NCBI RefSeq assembly: GCF_964355755.1
Contig: NC_092676.1
Span: 30,398,871 to 30,462,870 of the forward strand
Reading direction: 5' to 3'
DNA length: 64,000 nucleotides
Origin: Antedon mediterranea
Taxonomy: Eukaryota > Animalia > Echinodermata
Every line of letters begins with the position of its first letter. Position 1 is the first letter of the stretch. Both the position numbers and the translations under genes were made by a program. A model generated the notes under the pieces. It saw nothing but the letters and a program-made list of their open reading frames with translations. It did not search any database and was not told the origin of the DNA. Of this stretch, positions 12,416 through 24,897 are shown piece after piece.

Positions 12416-13186
12416 AAAAATGAATTCATTGGCATAAGAATTGGTGATAATATATAGATAAAATAAGGTGTGTGTTTGTTGATTTCAAGTGGGTGAAAAT
12501 CACTCGAACTGTCATGTCAGTCAATATAGGCAAATAAAATAAAACAGAAGCCTTTGTAATCTTTGTTTCTTTTATATAAAGTTTTTTATTTTAAAAAATG
12601 GCCAACAAATATTTAGTTGCAATCGACAGCGGCAAACCAGGGAGGTATAAAAATAATAGTATACACCTCCCTGGGCAAACCTTACAGGACTCATGACACT
12701 GATTGTACTATCTTTGAAACGTCCCTGGGGATGACCCTGGACAGTAAATCACGTGCTTGTACAAACATGGTATCACGTGATAGTACTTGTAAAACTACAA
12801 CAACACGACCAAATTGGCGAGTAAATCATGTTTTACTTTAAATTAAATTTATACGCTCTTCCACAAGGTCAATTGTTAGTTATACATACAGACTATATTA
12901 AAACAATGATTTTGAACACGTAGGGCATTTCTTTGAATTCTTTCCTATTGTCGTTTTGTGGTAATTTACAGCTTTTTATATGTTTAACAAACGTACATAA
13001 TCAATTGCGTCTGCATCATGCTAGACTACAACTTCCGGTAGTGACGTAATCAGCATATTTTTGGTAATAAAACTTTTTCACTAAGCTAGGGAATCTTCTG
13101 ATATCAATATTCATTAGACCGTACTTTAGTTAGCCAATCAAAATAAACGTATAAACAATTTTGCGGCGATGTTGTTGAGGTAAAAT

Positions 13187-15600
13187 ATACTGTGTTTTAC
13201 AATAACCAATTTGGTTAGAGTAAAACACAATGATAAAGAATAGGAAACATTTAATAATATGATAAATGTCAATTACATAGCAATTTATCACTGTGTTTTA
13301 CTATAACCAATTTGGTTAAAGTAAAGCAGAATGATAAAGAATAGGAATTTAATAATATGATAAATGACATTTACATAGCAATTTAGCACTGTGTTTTACT
13401 ATAACCAATTTGGTTAGAGTAAAACACAATGATAAAGAATAGGAAACATTTAATAATATGATATATGACATTCACATAGCAATTTAGCACTGTGTTTTAC
13501 TATAACCAATTTGGTTAGAGTAAAACACAATGATATAGAATAGGAAACATTTAATAATTTGATAAATGACATTTACATAGCAATTTAGCACTGTGTTTTA
13601 CTATAACCAATTTGGTTAAAGTAAAACACAATGATAAAGAATAGGAAACACTTAATAATATGATAAATGACATTTACATAGCAATTAGCACTGTGTTTTA
13701 CTATAACCAATTTGGTTAAAGTAAAGCAGAATGATAAAGAATAGGAATTTAATAATATGATATATGACATTTACATAGCAATTTAGCACTGTGTTTTACT
13801 ATAACCAATTTGGTTAGAGTAAAACACAATGATAAAGAATAGGAAATATTTAATAATAATGATTATTTACATAGCAATTTAGCACTGTGTTTTACTATAA
13901 CCAATTTGGTTATAGTAAAACACAATGATATAGAATAGGAAACATTTTATAATATGATAAATGACATTTACATAGCAATTTATCACTGTGTTTTACTATA
14001 ACCAATTTGGTTAGAGTAAAACACAATGATAAAGAATAGGAAACATTTAATAATAATGATTATTTACATAGCAATTTAGCACTGTGTTTTACTATAACCA
14101 ATTTGGTTAAAGTAAAACACAATGATAAAGAATAGGAAACATTTAATAATATGATATATGACATTCACATAGCAATTTAGCACTGTGTTTTACTATAACC
14201 AATTTGGTTAGAGTAAAACACAATGATATAGAATAGGAAACATTTAATAATTTGATAAATGACATTTACATAGCAATTTAGCACTGTGTTTTACTATAAC
14301 CAATTTGGTTAAAGTAAAACACAATGATAAAGAATAGGAAACACTTAATAATATGATAAATGACATTTACATAGCAATTTAGCACTGTGTTTTACTATAA
14401 CCAATTTGGTTAGAGTAAAACACAATGATAAAGAATAGGAAATATTTAATAATAATGATTATTTACATAGCAATTTAGCACTGTGTTTTACTATAACCAA
14501 TTTGGTTATAGTAAAACACAATGATATAGAATAGGAAACATTTAATAATATGATAAATGACATTTACATAGAAATTTATCACTGTGTTTTACTATAACCA
14601 ATTTGGTTATGGTAAAGCACAATGATATAGAATAGGAAACATTTAATAATATGATAAATGACATTTACATAGCAATTTAGCACTGTGTTTTACTATAACC
14701 AATTTGGTTAAAGTAAAACATAATGATAAAGAATAGGAAACATTTAATAATATGATAAATGACATTTACATAGCAATTTATCACTGTGTTTTACTATAAC
14801 CAATTTGGTTATGGTAAAGCACAATGATATAGAATAGGAAACATTTAATAATAATGATTATTTACATAGCAATTTAGCACCATGTTTTACTATAACCAAT
14901 TTGGTTATGGTAAAGCACAATGATATAGAATAGGAAACATTTAATAATATGATAAATGTCATTACATAGCAATTTAGCACTGTGTTTTACTATAACCAAT
15001 TTGGTTAGAGTAAAACACAATGACAAAGAATAGGAAACATTTAATAATAATGATTATTTACATAGCTAGCAATTTAGCACAATGTTTTACTATAACCAAT
15101 TTGGTTATGGTAAAGCACAATGATATAGAATAGGAAACATTTAATAATATGATAAATGTCATTACATAGCAATTTAGCACTGTGTTTTACTATAACCAAT
15201 TTGGTTAGAGTAAAACACAATGATAAAGAATAGGAAACATTTAATAACATGATAAATGACATTCACATAGAAATTTAGCACTGTGTTTTACTATAACCAA
15301 TTTGATTAGAGTAAAGCACAATGATAAAGAATATGAAACATTTAATAATATGATAAATGACATTTACATAGTAATTTATCACTGTGTTTTACTATAACCA
15401 ATTTGGTTAGAGTAAAACATTTTAACTATGATAAATGATATTTAGCACTGTGCTGGATACAGTAAAACACAAATTAAGAATAGGAAACATATAATAATAT
15501 GATACATTTACATACAAATTTAGTATTGTGTTTTACTATAGCCAATTTGGTTACAGTAAAACACAATGATAATGAAACATTTATTATATGATATTATTTA
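13187..15600 (+). repeat. About 101-bp AT-rich satellite (about 23 copies), each unit carrying a 45-bp hairpin
   Basis: Each unit contains CACTGTGTTTTACTATAACCAA-T-TTGGTTAGAGTAAAACACAATG; period 95-101 bp. Confidence 0.95.
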
Positions 15601-15656
15601 CATAGCAAAATATTATATTAAACATATCTTATTATCTAAACGTTATGAAAAGAATA

Positions 15657-17500
15657 GGATACATATAATGTAATAATATAATAAATACAAGTTACATAGT
15701 TTATCATCTTGTTTTACAGAACCAATTTGGTGACACAGTTAAACACAGTGATAAAGAATAGATACTGTTTTAGGTTATATAACCCTAACCCTAGTTTGAA
15801 GCGACATAATAAATTCATCGCGAAAAAGTACGTATCGTATTTAGAAACTTTTGAAATTTGTTAGATATGTTTAATAGGTTCTTACGTCTATAAAACAAAC
15901 AAAAAATATAAATTTCACAAAAAATTCGTGATTTTAATAATTTGCATTTCTAAAAATGTACACTTATGAAATACCATACATTTTCCAACACATTTTTACT
16001 TCATTGATGATTCCCAGAAATCAAAATAAAACAAATTATGATATTTCTTTTACATTATAGATGTAAGAACCTATATTGAACATGTACCAAATTTCAAACG
16101 TTTTTTAAGACGATACGTATTTTTATCGATGAATTAAGTATGTGATCGCTTCAAACTAGGGTTAGGGTTAAATAACCTAACAGTTCATTCTTTAACACTG
16201 CGTTTAACTTTTAACCAAATTGGTTTTAGTACAGCACAATGATAAACTATGTACATTTTATTTTTCATATGACATTATAGGATACATATAATGTAATAAT
16301 AATAAATACAAGTTACATAGTTTATCATCTTGTTTTACAGAACCAATTTGGTTACACAGTTAAACACAATGATAAAGAATAGACACTGTTTTAGGTTATA
16401 TAACTCTAACCCTAGTTTGAAGCGATCACATACTTAATTCATCGCGAAAAAATACGTATCGTATTCAGAAACATTTGAAATTTGGTAAATATGTTCAATA
16501 GGTTCTTACGTCTATAAAACAAACAAAAAATAAAAGTTTCAAGACAAATTCGTGATTTTAATAATTTGCATTTCTAAACATTTACACTTATGAAAGACAA
16601 TACATTTCCAACACATTTTTACTTCATTGATGATTCTCAGAAATCAAAATAAAACTATTAGGATATTTCTTTTGCATTATAGATGTAAGAACCTATATTG
16701 AACATATCTACCAAATATCAAACGTTTTTCAAGACGATACGTATTTTTAGCGATGAATATTAAATATGTGATCGCTTCAAACTAGGGTTAGGGTTAAATA
16801 AACTAAAACAGTTCTATTCTTTATCACTCACTGTGTTTAACTTTTAACAAAAATGGTTATAGTAAAACACAATGATAAACTTATATGTCAATTTTATTTT
16901 TCATAACATAAAATGTTTGATATTCTTTATAATATTTAATATTATATTTTAGGCCTACTATTAATGACGTATAAATGCACACTACATCTGAAATAACTTT
17001 CTACTTCATTGGCGATTCTTACCAAAAAAAAGAACTAATTTTGTTATGTATATAGAGCAACCTATTATAACATGTCTTGTATGATTTTTATCTCGTTTCA
17101 ATGACATTTTATACTACAATTCAAATGAAAAAGCATCACAAAAAAATACGTCTGGTATTCAAAAAGTTTCTAAACTCGGTACACAGAAAAAAGGAAATGT
17201 TGAAAATGTATGGTCTTTCATAAGTGTGAATTTTTTGAAATGCAAATAATGGAAATCATCGATTTGTCTTGAAATTTATAATTTGTTTTGTCTTATTGAA
17301 CATATCTATACAAAATATCAAACGTTTCTGAATACGATACGTTTTTTTTCTCGATGAATTTATAATGTTGCTTCAAACTAGAGGGTAGGGTAGTAACCTA
17401 ACAAGTATCTATTCTTTATCACTATGTTTAACTGTGTAACCATATTGGTTCTAATAAAAAACAATGATAAACTATGTAAATTGTATGTTTCATATATTAC
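15657..17500. repeat. About 620-bp self-inverted units in tandem (two full copies and one degraded)
   Basis: GGATACATATAATGTAATAAT occurs near 15657 and 16280. Each unit has AACCCTAGTTTGAAGCG and its reverse complement CGCTTCAAACTAGGGTT. Confidence 0.8.
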
Positions 17501-18102
17501 ATTTTTGCCAAAAAAAATTATTGGGAATGTCAAATTTCTTTTTCATGACATAGATCTACAAATTTCAGAAGCTTTTGAGTACGAGTATTTTACGCGATGT
17601 TTTTTTATCCTCATTTTAATATTTTGGTAATGTAATTCACATAAAGTTTTGTATCCAAAAATTGTTTATTCTTGGGTAGAAATGAGGAAATAAATAGTAT
17701 TCCTGTATAATATAATAATCAATAATAAAGTATAAAAAAAAGTGTTGTGTAAACGAATGTTTTTTACGCTTCGAATTTTCTGTTACATTATGTTTGAATT
17801 GAAGCTACGGATATTGAATCATGGACCTATAAATTAGTAATTTATAGGTCCATGATTGAACATATCGTCACTCACCACACATTTTTTGTTTTGTATTTCG
17901 AAAGTATTTATTCTAAAGAACAATTGATGCAAACATCAACTGCGTATCTTATTTCATTAATTAATTATATTAATTATAATTTGGCGATTATTCGTCACAC
18001 GAAGAGTCGAATATCGATTCGTCTCGTCATGGGAAGAAAACGTGCATTGCGCACACTGTTTACGCGCCTCAACAATAAACGGCGAATATGCGATTCGTCA
18101 CT

Positions 18103-19036
18103 TATGGAACGCCGTTTTACACAAGTTTTTGGCGATGATAAAAATTGCGTCGATGATGAAATTGCGTCGATGAAAATTGCATCGACGCAATGTAGATTGC
18201 GTCGATGCAATGTAGATTGCGTCGACGCAATTTACATTGCGTCGATGAAAATTGCATCGATGAAAATTGCGTCGATGAAAATTGCGTCGATGAAAACTGC
18301 ATCGATGAAAATTGCGTCGATGAAAACTGCATCGATGAAAATTGATGTGATGAATTTAATTGATTATGAAAATTCCAAATGGTTTTAATTCAATCAATGA
18401 TGAAAATGACTACTAGTAAAGTAAATGATGATGTTAATAATGATGTTAATAATGTTATTATGTTGCTAAAAATTGACGGTTTCTGAATATTTTGATATGA
18501 TAAACATGTTTACCGCTTGCGCTAGCGCGCGTTATAGACAAGCGCACAGTGATCGCGCACTAAAACAATGTTGAAATATATGCACTGATTAACATTTTAG
18601 TGATTTATTGTCAACACATTTTAGCAATGGATCCATTATTGTCCTTTCGGACACATTATATCTTCTAGCTAATTGCTTCCGTTAATCCACCAGTTCAGTA
18701 CATAAAATCCAGATGTCCAGCATCCATGACATCATATTCAAATCATACCGGCAGGGAGATCGCAATTTTCATCGATGAAAACTGCATCGATGAAAATTAT
18801 TTTTTTTTTCATCGATGCAGTTTTCATCGATGCAGTTTTCATCGACGCAATTTTCATCGACACAATTTTCATCACATTAACGCAATTTTCATTACATCGA
18901 CGCAATTTTCATCGACGCAATGTTCATCACATCATTACATCAATACTATATTCATCGACGCAATTTTCATCACATCGACGCAATTTTCATTGCATCATCG
19001 ACGCGATTTTATCATCGCCTAAACTGGCATTCCATA
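18103..19036. mobile_element. TIR element with 15-bp subterminal repeats (TCGATGAAAATTGCG), foldback/MULE-like
   Basis: GGCGATGATAAAA at 18131 is inverted at 19007-19019, with inverted arrays at 18145-18345 and 18765-19010. TSD unclear. Confidence 0.75.
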
Positions 19037-19384
19037 CTAATTGCGTGTGATCTGATTGGTGTATTATAAATAAATTCATCGCGATGAATTTTTCAGTAGA
19101 TGTAATGAGACAGTTCAGTAGATGTAATGACAGTTAATTTAATTGTTCTGCTCTTTTTGTACAAATCTATACTACTTTATATTATGGATTTTGTAGTACT
19201 GTTAAAATTATTAAATCTCTGGAAGTGTGTTTTACGAGTATGTCCGCAAATTTATGCGTTTACGGTTTTAAAATGTGAGTTTTAAATAGCGAACATGATC
19301 TTGTTAGGTGCACTACGCACGCAGTATTCCAAAATGTCTTACTAATTGGGAGAAAATCATATTGTATCATATCATATTATATCC

Positions 19385-20890
19385 ATTCTTTAAATTCATA
19401 TTCTTTATCCAAAACTAAATTGGTATAGTAAAACACAGTGCTAGCAATTTATCATATTATTAAATGTTTCATATTCTTTATCATTGTGTTTTACTCTAAT
19501 CAAATTGGTATAGTAAAACACAGTGCTAAATTGCTATGTGAATGTCATTTATCATATTTTTAAATGTTTCCTATTCTTTATCATTGTGCTTTACCATAAC
19601 CAAATTGGTTATAGTAAAACACAGTGCTAAATTGCTATGTAAATGTTATATATCATATTATTAAATTCCTATTCTTTATCATTGTGTTTTACTCTAACCA
19701 AATTGGTTATAGTAAAACACAGTGATAAATTGCTATGTAAATGTAATTTATCATATTATTAAATGTTTCCTATTCTTTATCATTGTGTTTTACTCTAACC
19801 AAATTGGTTATAGTAAAACACAGTGATAAATTGCTATGTAAATGTAATTTATCATGTTAGTAAATGTTTCTTATTCTTTATCGTTGAGTTTTACTCTAAT
19901 CAAATTGGTTATAGTAAAACACAGTGCTAAATTGCTATGTAAATGTTATATATCATATTATTAAATGTTTCCTATTCTTTATCATTGTGTTTTACTCTAA
20001 TCTGATTGGTTATAGTAAAACACAGTGCTAAATTGCTATGTGAATGTCATTTATCATGTTATTAAATGTTTCCTATTCTTTATCATTGTGCTTTACTCTA
20101 ACCAAATTGGTTATAGTAAAACACAGTGCTAAATTGCTATGTAAATGTCATTTATCATGTTATTAAATGTTTCTTATTCTTTATCATTGTGTTTTACTCT
20201 AACCAAATTGGTTATAGTAAAACACAGTGATAAATTGCTATGTAAATGTAATTTATCATATTATTAAATGTTTCCTATTCTTTATCATTGTGTTTTACTC
20301 TAACCAAATTGGTTATAGTAAAACACAGTGATAAATTGCTATGTAAATGTAATTTATCATGTTATTAAATGTTTCCTATTCTTTATCGTTGTGTTTTACT
20401 CTAATCAAATTGGTTATAGTAAAACACAGTGCTAAATTGCTATGTAAATGTTATATATCATATTATTAAATGTTTCCTATTCTTTATCATTGTGTTTTAC
20501 TCTAATCTGATTGGTTATAGTAAAACACAGTGCTAAATTGCTATGTGAATGTCATTTATCATGTTATTAAATGTTTCCTATTCTTTATCATTGTGCTTTA
20601 CTCTAACCAAATTGGTTATAGTAAAACACAGTGCTAAATTGCTAAATGTCATTTATCATGTTATTAAATGTTTCTTATTCCATATCATTGTGTTTTACTC
20701 TAACCAAATTGGTTATAGTAAAACACAGTGCTAAATTGCTATGTAAATGTAATTTATCATATTATTAAATGTTTCCTATTCTTTATCATTGTGTTTTACT
20801 CTAACCAAATTGGTTATAATTTATTTAATTTCATTTCAAAAGACATTTACCTAAATTGCTATTTAATTATAGTAAAACACTGTGCTAAAT
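19385..20890 (-). repeat. Same 101-bp satellite in inverted orientation (about 15 copies)
   Basis: Reverse complement of the 13187-15600 unit. Confidence 0.95.
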
Positions 20891-21220
20891 TGCTATTGTA
20901 TTAAGGACGAGTTCCGAGAAGATGTATTCAAAGCTACAACCAATCAGAACAGTGTTAATCAATATAGTCCATGGCTACAGCCAATCAGAAACGTCCAAAT
21001 CGCAATAACCCCTAGGCTAATAGAAATTATTGGTCCGAGTAGCCTTTTCAACCAGACGTTGCGAGGTTTAAAAAGTAAAACATGATTTACTCGCCAGTTT
21101 GGTATAGTTTATATACCTGAACACGACGATTGTTTATGACTAGTCACTAGACGTTTCGGAAGTCCGTCCTGAAGAAATAATTTTCAGGCCTAGGCCTAAT
21201 CCCAATCTCCTATTTTCGAC

Positions 21221-24200
21221 ATGAAGGGTTGGAAGAACATAGTATATACATTTTTAACTCTACTGATAGCAGTTTTAGCATCATGTACGCACAGTTTCAG
21301 TGTCGCAGGAGGAGGGTCAGCAGCAGCAGCAGAGTCAATTCAACAACAACAAGCTAGCTGGACGAGGGCTCACACTCTCAGAAAAGAGGACGTTCCCCCG
21401 CGATACGACGTAAATTTAGATCTCCCAGAAGAAGATCGATGGGCACCTGTTTTAGTGCATTACAACAAAACTATGTTGGCACAAATGGTCAAAAATGCTT
21501 TGGCGTAAGTTAAGTTTTACATTTTTATTTATATATTATTAATTACTAAAAATAAACTTAAATAAATTAGTGATTTCCTATTTAATATATTTACTACTAA
21601 TAAAAAGCTATTTATTGAGCTTCTGATCATGGAGTAAAGAATTTACTCTATGATGTTCTGATATATTTTAATATTTAAAATGAATGCAATTTACAGTGGG
21701 CCTAGCTAGGCATACTGACAAATGAGAAAATGTTCCCTTTATTAAATGTCATTCTTTATATAAATTTGTACATTTTTAGACAAACTTATGGTCGGGTACA
21801 ACAACAAAATACAGTATTTGATGTATTTATTTGTAATTTTCTTCATCGTATATTTTCACTAACATAATATAAGATTTATTAATGCATTTAAATTAAAATT
21901 CATCAAATAATTGAATATTTCCATATTGTATTCACCTTTTGAAGTACTGAGTTACCTAAAGAAGCTATTCCACTGGTTGAATTGATTGGATCTGAGCTTA
22001 ACAAGTATATGCCTACTCCATATTCTGGTGAAATAAAAGGCATTGCTAAGTTTCTTAATGTCAGTATTGGAGAAGTGTTTGCACTCAATATTTTATATGA
22101 AGCAACAGCGTAAGTTCTATTTTTTGTGTTGAAATATTTACTTTGATAGCAATGAATGAAAAATATGTACCATTGTGCCTTTACATGTTTCTAGCTTGCA
22201 ACATATCTAATCATTGCTTATTAACACAACTATTTCAGGTTCTGCACAAGTATAGTAGCAGTTGATAGCGATAACATGATATGGCATGGCCGTAATTTAG
22301 ACTACCATTTGGCAGATATCCTACGCAATTTAACCGTTGTATTGGATTGGAAAAGAAACAATCGTGTAAGAAAACTTTGCTGCCAGCTTTGCTATAGTAA
22401 TTTGATGAAATCTAGGACTAATTCAGCAACAGTTCACTTATTAATAAAATATTCTTTTTTTCAGACTGTATTTACAAGTACATCATATATTGGAAATATT
22501 GGTGTATTTACCGGTATGAAACCAAACGTGTTTACAGTATCCATTGATGAAAGAGGTGAATGCGATATTCGTTTAATGGAACAAGTTCTTCTCTAAGACT
22601 GTTATGTAATCTGTACTAAAATTCTTGTATTGTTTTGCTAACAAACAAAAGAATAATGTGATATGTAATTTACTTCAATTCTCTAATATTATGACTAAAT
22701 GGCTTAATGTATCCATAATTTCATAAATATGTCAACAATGTTTTTTTTTTCAGACAAAGGAAATATTTATGAGAATATTATGGGATTGTTAAGTGCATTA
22801 ATGAATGGTACCTCCACATCATTTACAAGCTTTTTAACTCGTGAGGTAACCCCATTTATTTGTTTATTCCTGTACTTTCTCCCACCATAGTTAAGAGAGT
22901 TTACCATTTCTTGGTTCCAACTACCATATTTCTCCATCTAGAATTGAACTTCATTCAATTATATTTATTTATATCTTGCAGGCTTTAGAGTATGATGATA
23001 CATTTAAGAAAGTGTACACTAGACTTGTAGACAGTCATATAATTGCACCTGTCTATTACATCCTTGGAGGAGTGAATCCTGACGAAGGGGTTGTTATAAC
23101 AAGAGCTAGATTAAAAGCACTTGATATCAATATATTAGTCCCATCAATAGACAAGTAAAGTATTCATATTGTTTTACTGACCTACACCTTGGATATCTGC
23201 TTCATTATAACAATAGCTAGACTAAAAGCACTTGATATCAATATATTAGTCCCATCAATAGACAAGTAAGTATTCATATTGTTTTACTGACCTACACCTT
23301 GGATATCTGCTTCATTATAACAAGAGCTAGATTAAAAGCACTTGATATCAATATATTAGTCCCATCAATAGACAAGTAAGTATTTATATTGTTTTACTGA
23401 CCTACACCTTGGATATCTGCTTCATTATAACAAGAGCTAGACTAAAAGCACTTGATATCAATATATTAGTCCCATCAATAGACAAGTAAGTATCTATATT
23501 GTTTTACTGACCTACACCTTGGATATCTGCTTCATTATAACAAGAGCTAGATTAAAAGCACTTGATATCAATATATTAGTCCCATCAATAGACAAGTAAA
23601 GTATTCATATTGTTTTACTGACCTACACCTTGGATATCTGCTTCATTATAACAAGAGCTAGATTAAAAGCACTTGATATCAATATATTAGTCCCATCAAT
23701 AGACAAATAAGTATTTATATTGTTTTACTGACCTACACCTTGGATATCTGCTTCATTTCCATAATAAACATTTAAGGATTGCCACTTAACAAATGACATA
23801 ATCTTTTGTAGATGGTTTGTCTTGGAAACCAACTACGACAGATGGACAACACCACCACCTAGTGATGACAGGAGGTTAGTGTTTAGCTGGCTAAAAGCTA
23901 CACATCTGTGTCATTTTCAAATGAAATTTTACACTCGCAAAGTATCAGCAATACAATTTTGTTTTCTGTACCTCCAGAGATCCAGGAATTAAATATATGA
24001 AAGCTGTTGGCAGAAAAAACATCAATGACAAAACCATGTATCAAGTATTATCAGAGCCACCAGTTCTTAATAAGTAAGTTTCTTGTTATATAAAATAAGT
24101 TACCAAAATATTAAGATTGTTATTCCCTAAGAACAATCTTAATATTAGTATTAAAATGTGCCACTCCTTAATGTATTGACTTTATTATTATTTTCAGTAA

Positions 24201-24273
24201 AACTACGTACACAACATTGATGACAGCAGCACAACCTGGTTTGTTTCAAACGTACATCCGTCATTATCCCTAA
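21221..24273 (+). CDS. NAAA: N-acylethanolamine-hydrolyzing acid amidase (Ntn hydrolase, acid ceramidase family)
   Basis: Exons 21221-21504, 21945-22109, 22239-22365, 22465-22555, 22754-22845, 22982-23154, 23812-23874, 23978-24073 and 24198-24273. Signal peptide, VNLDLP..DRW, catalytic F|CTSIVA..HGRNLDY, APVYYILGG..EGVVITR, ETNYD and DDRR. Confidence 0.92.
23094..23756 (+). repeat. 110-111-bp tandem array (6 copies) made of the last ~61 nt of NAAA exon 6, the donor and intron sequence
   Basis: Unit TTATAACAAGAGCTAG...ATAGACAA|GTAA(A)GTATT...GCTTCA; the first copy is the real exon end. Confidence 0.95.
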
Positions 24274-24897
24274 AAGTTGAGAAAAAAAACCAGGCCACTA
24301 TGCATACACTAAATGAATATAGTATACAGTGTGTATTCTGTAGCAATAGCATTGTTTTCATGATCGGTTGATTCATTGATTATATTTAAACTCATCACTA
24401 CCCAGAATATTAATAAATAAAAACGTATTCAATTCCTTTTTATTAAAAACTCAGTTGATGTATTATTATTATTTCAAGTGTGACTATGTTATATGAAAAC
24501 AGTTGTGTGAAAAGTGTCACTTGCACAAAGAAAAAATACAATTTTCTATTTTTTTTATATAATGTTAATAATGTAAAATAATATAATAATTATATTTTTG
24601 AATTCCTTATTTTGTTATTTGCAGCTGTTAATTAATTATAATAATTGCAATAAAAACTAATTATTATTCATTGACTGTAAATATAACAATTGTAATAGAA
24701 TAAAACTAAACATAAAACCACATACTGTATCCAACTATTTAGTTACAGAATAAAATAATATTTATTTTTTTTTTATTTCTCAACCATGACTTCACAAGGA
24801 GTTGGACAGACGTTGGGTCATGTAATTCTGGAAATTTTAAAAGGGTACTCACGGATAGGGAAAATTTCTATTTATTTCTGGCAAACCTTTATTTAAA

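Larger units (their letters stand above)
12808..21103. mobile_element. Large (about 8.3 kb) foldback-like structure with inverted satellite arms
   Basis: ACCAAATTGGCGAGTAAATCATGTTTTACTTT at 12808-12839 is inverted at 21072-21103, and the two satellite arrays inside point in opposite directions. The outer ends and TSD were not resolved. Confidence 0.7.

Noticed and set aside
15778-16800. TAACCC/GGGTTA as telomere or interstitial telomere
   Set aside because: Only about two units occur per site, embedded in larger repeats; the same holds at 45951-46105.
17852-19050. ORFs with (ASMKI)n or (FIDAI)n repeats
   Set aside because: They arise from the 15-bp subterminal repeats of a TIR element; the same applies to 33152-33496 and 25176-25436.
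13187-20890. Palindrome-containing regular repeats as a CRISPR array
   Set aside because: There are no unique spacers and no cas genes, the context is eukaryotic, and the units are head-to-tail satellite.
21148-21175. GACGTTTCG...CCTGAAG as a Penelope-type hammerhead ribozyme
   Set aside because: No CUGANGA core occurs in the right order and orientation relative to GAAA.
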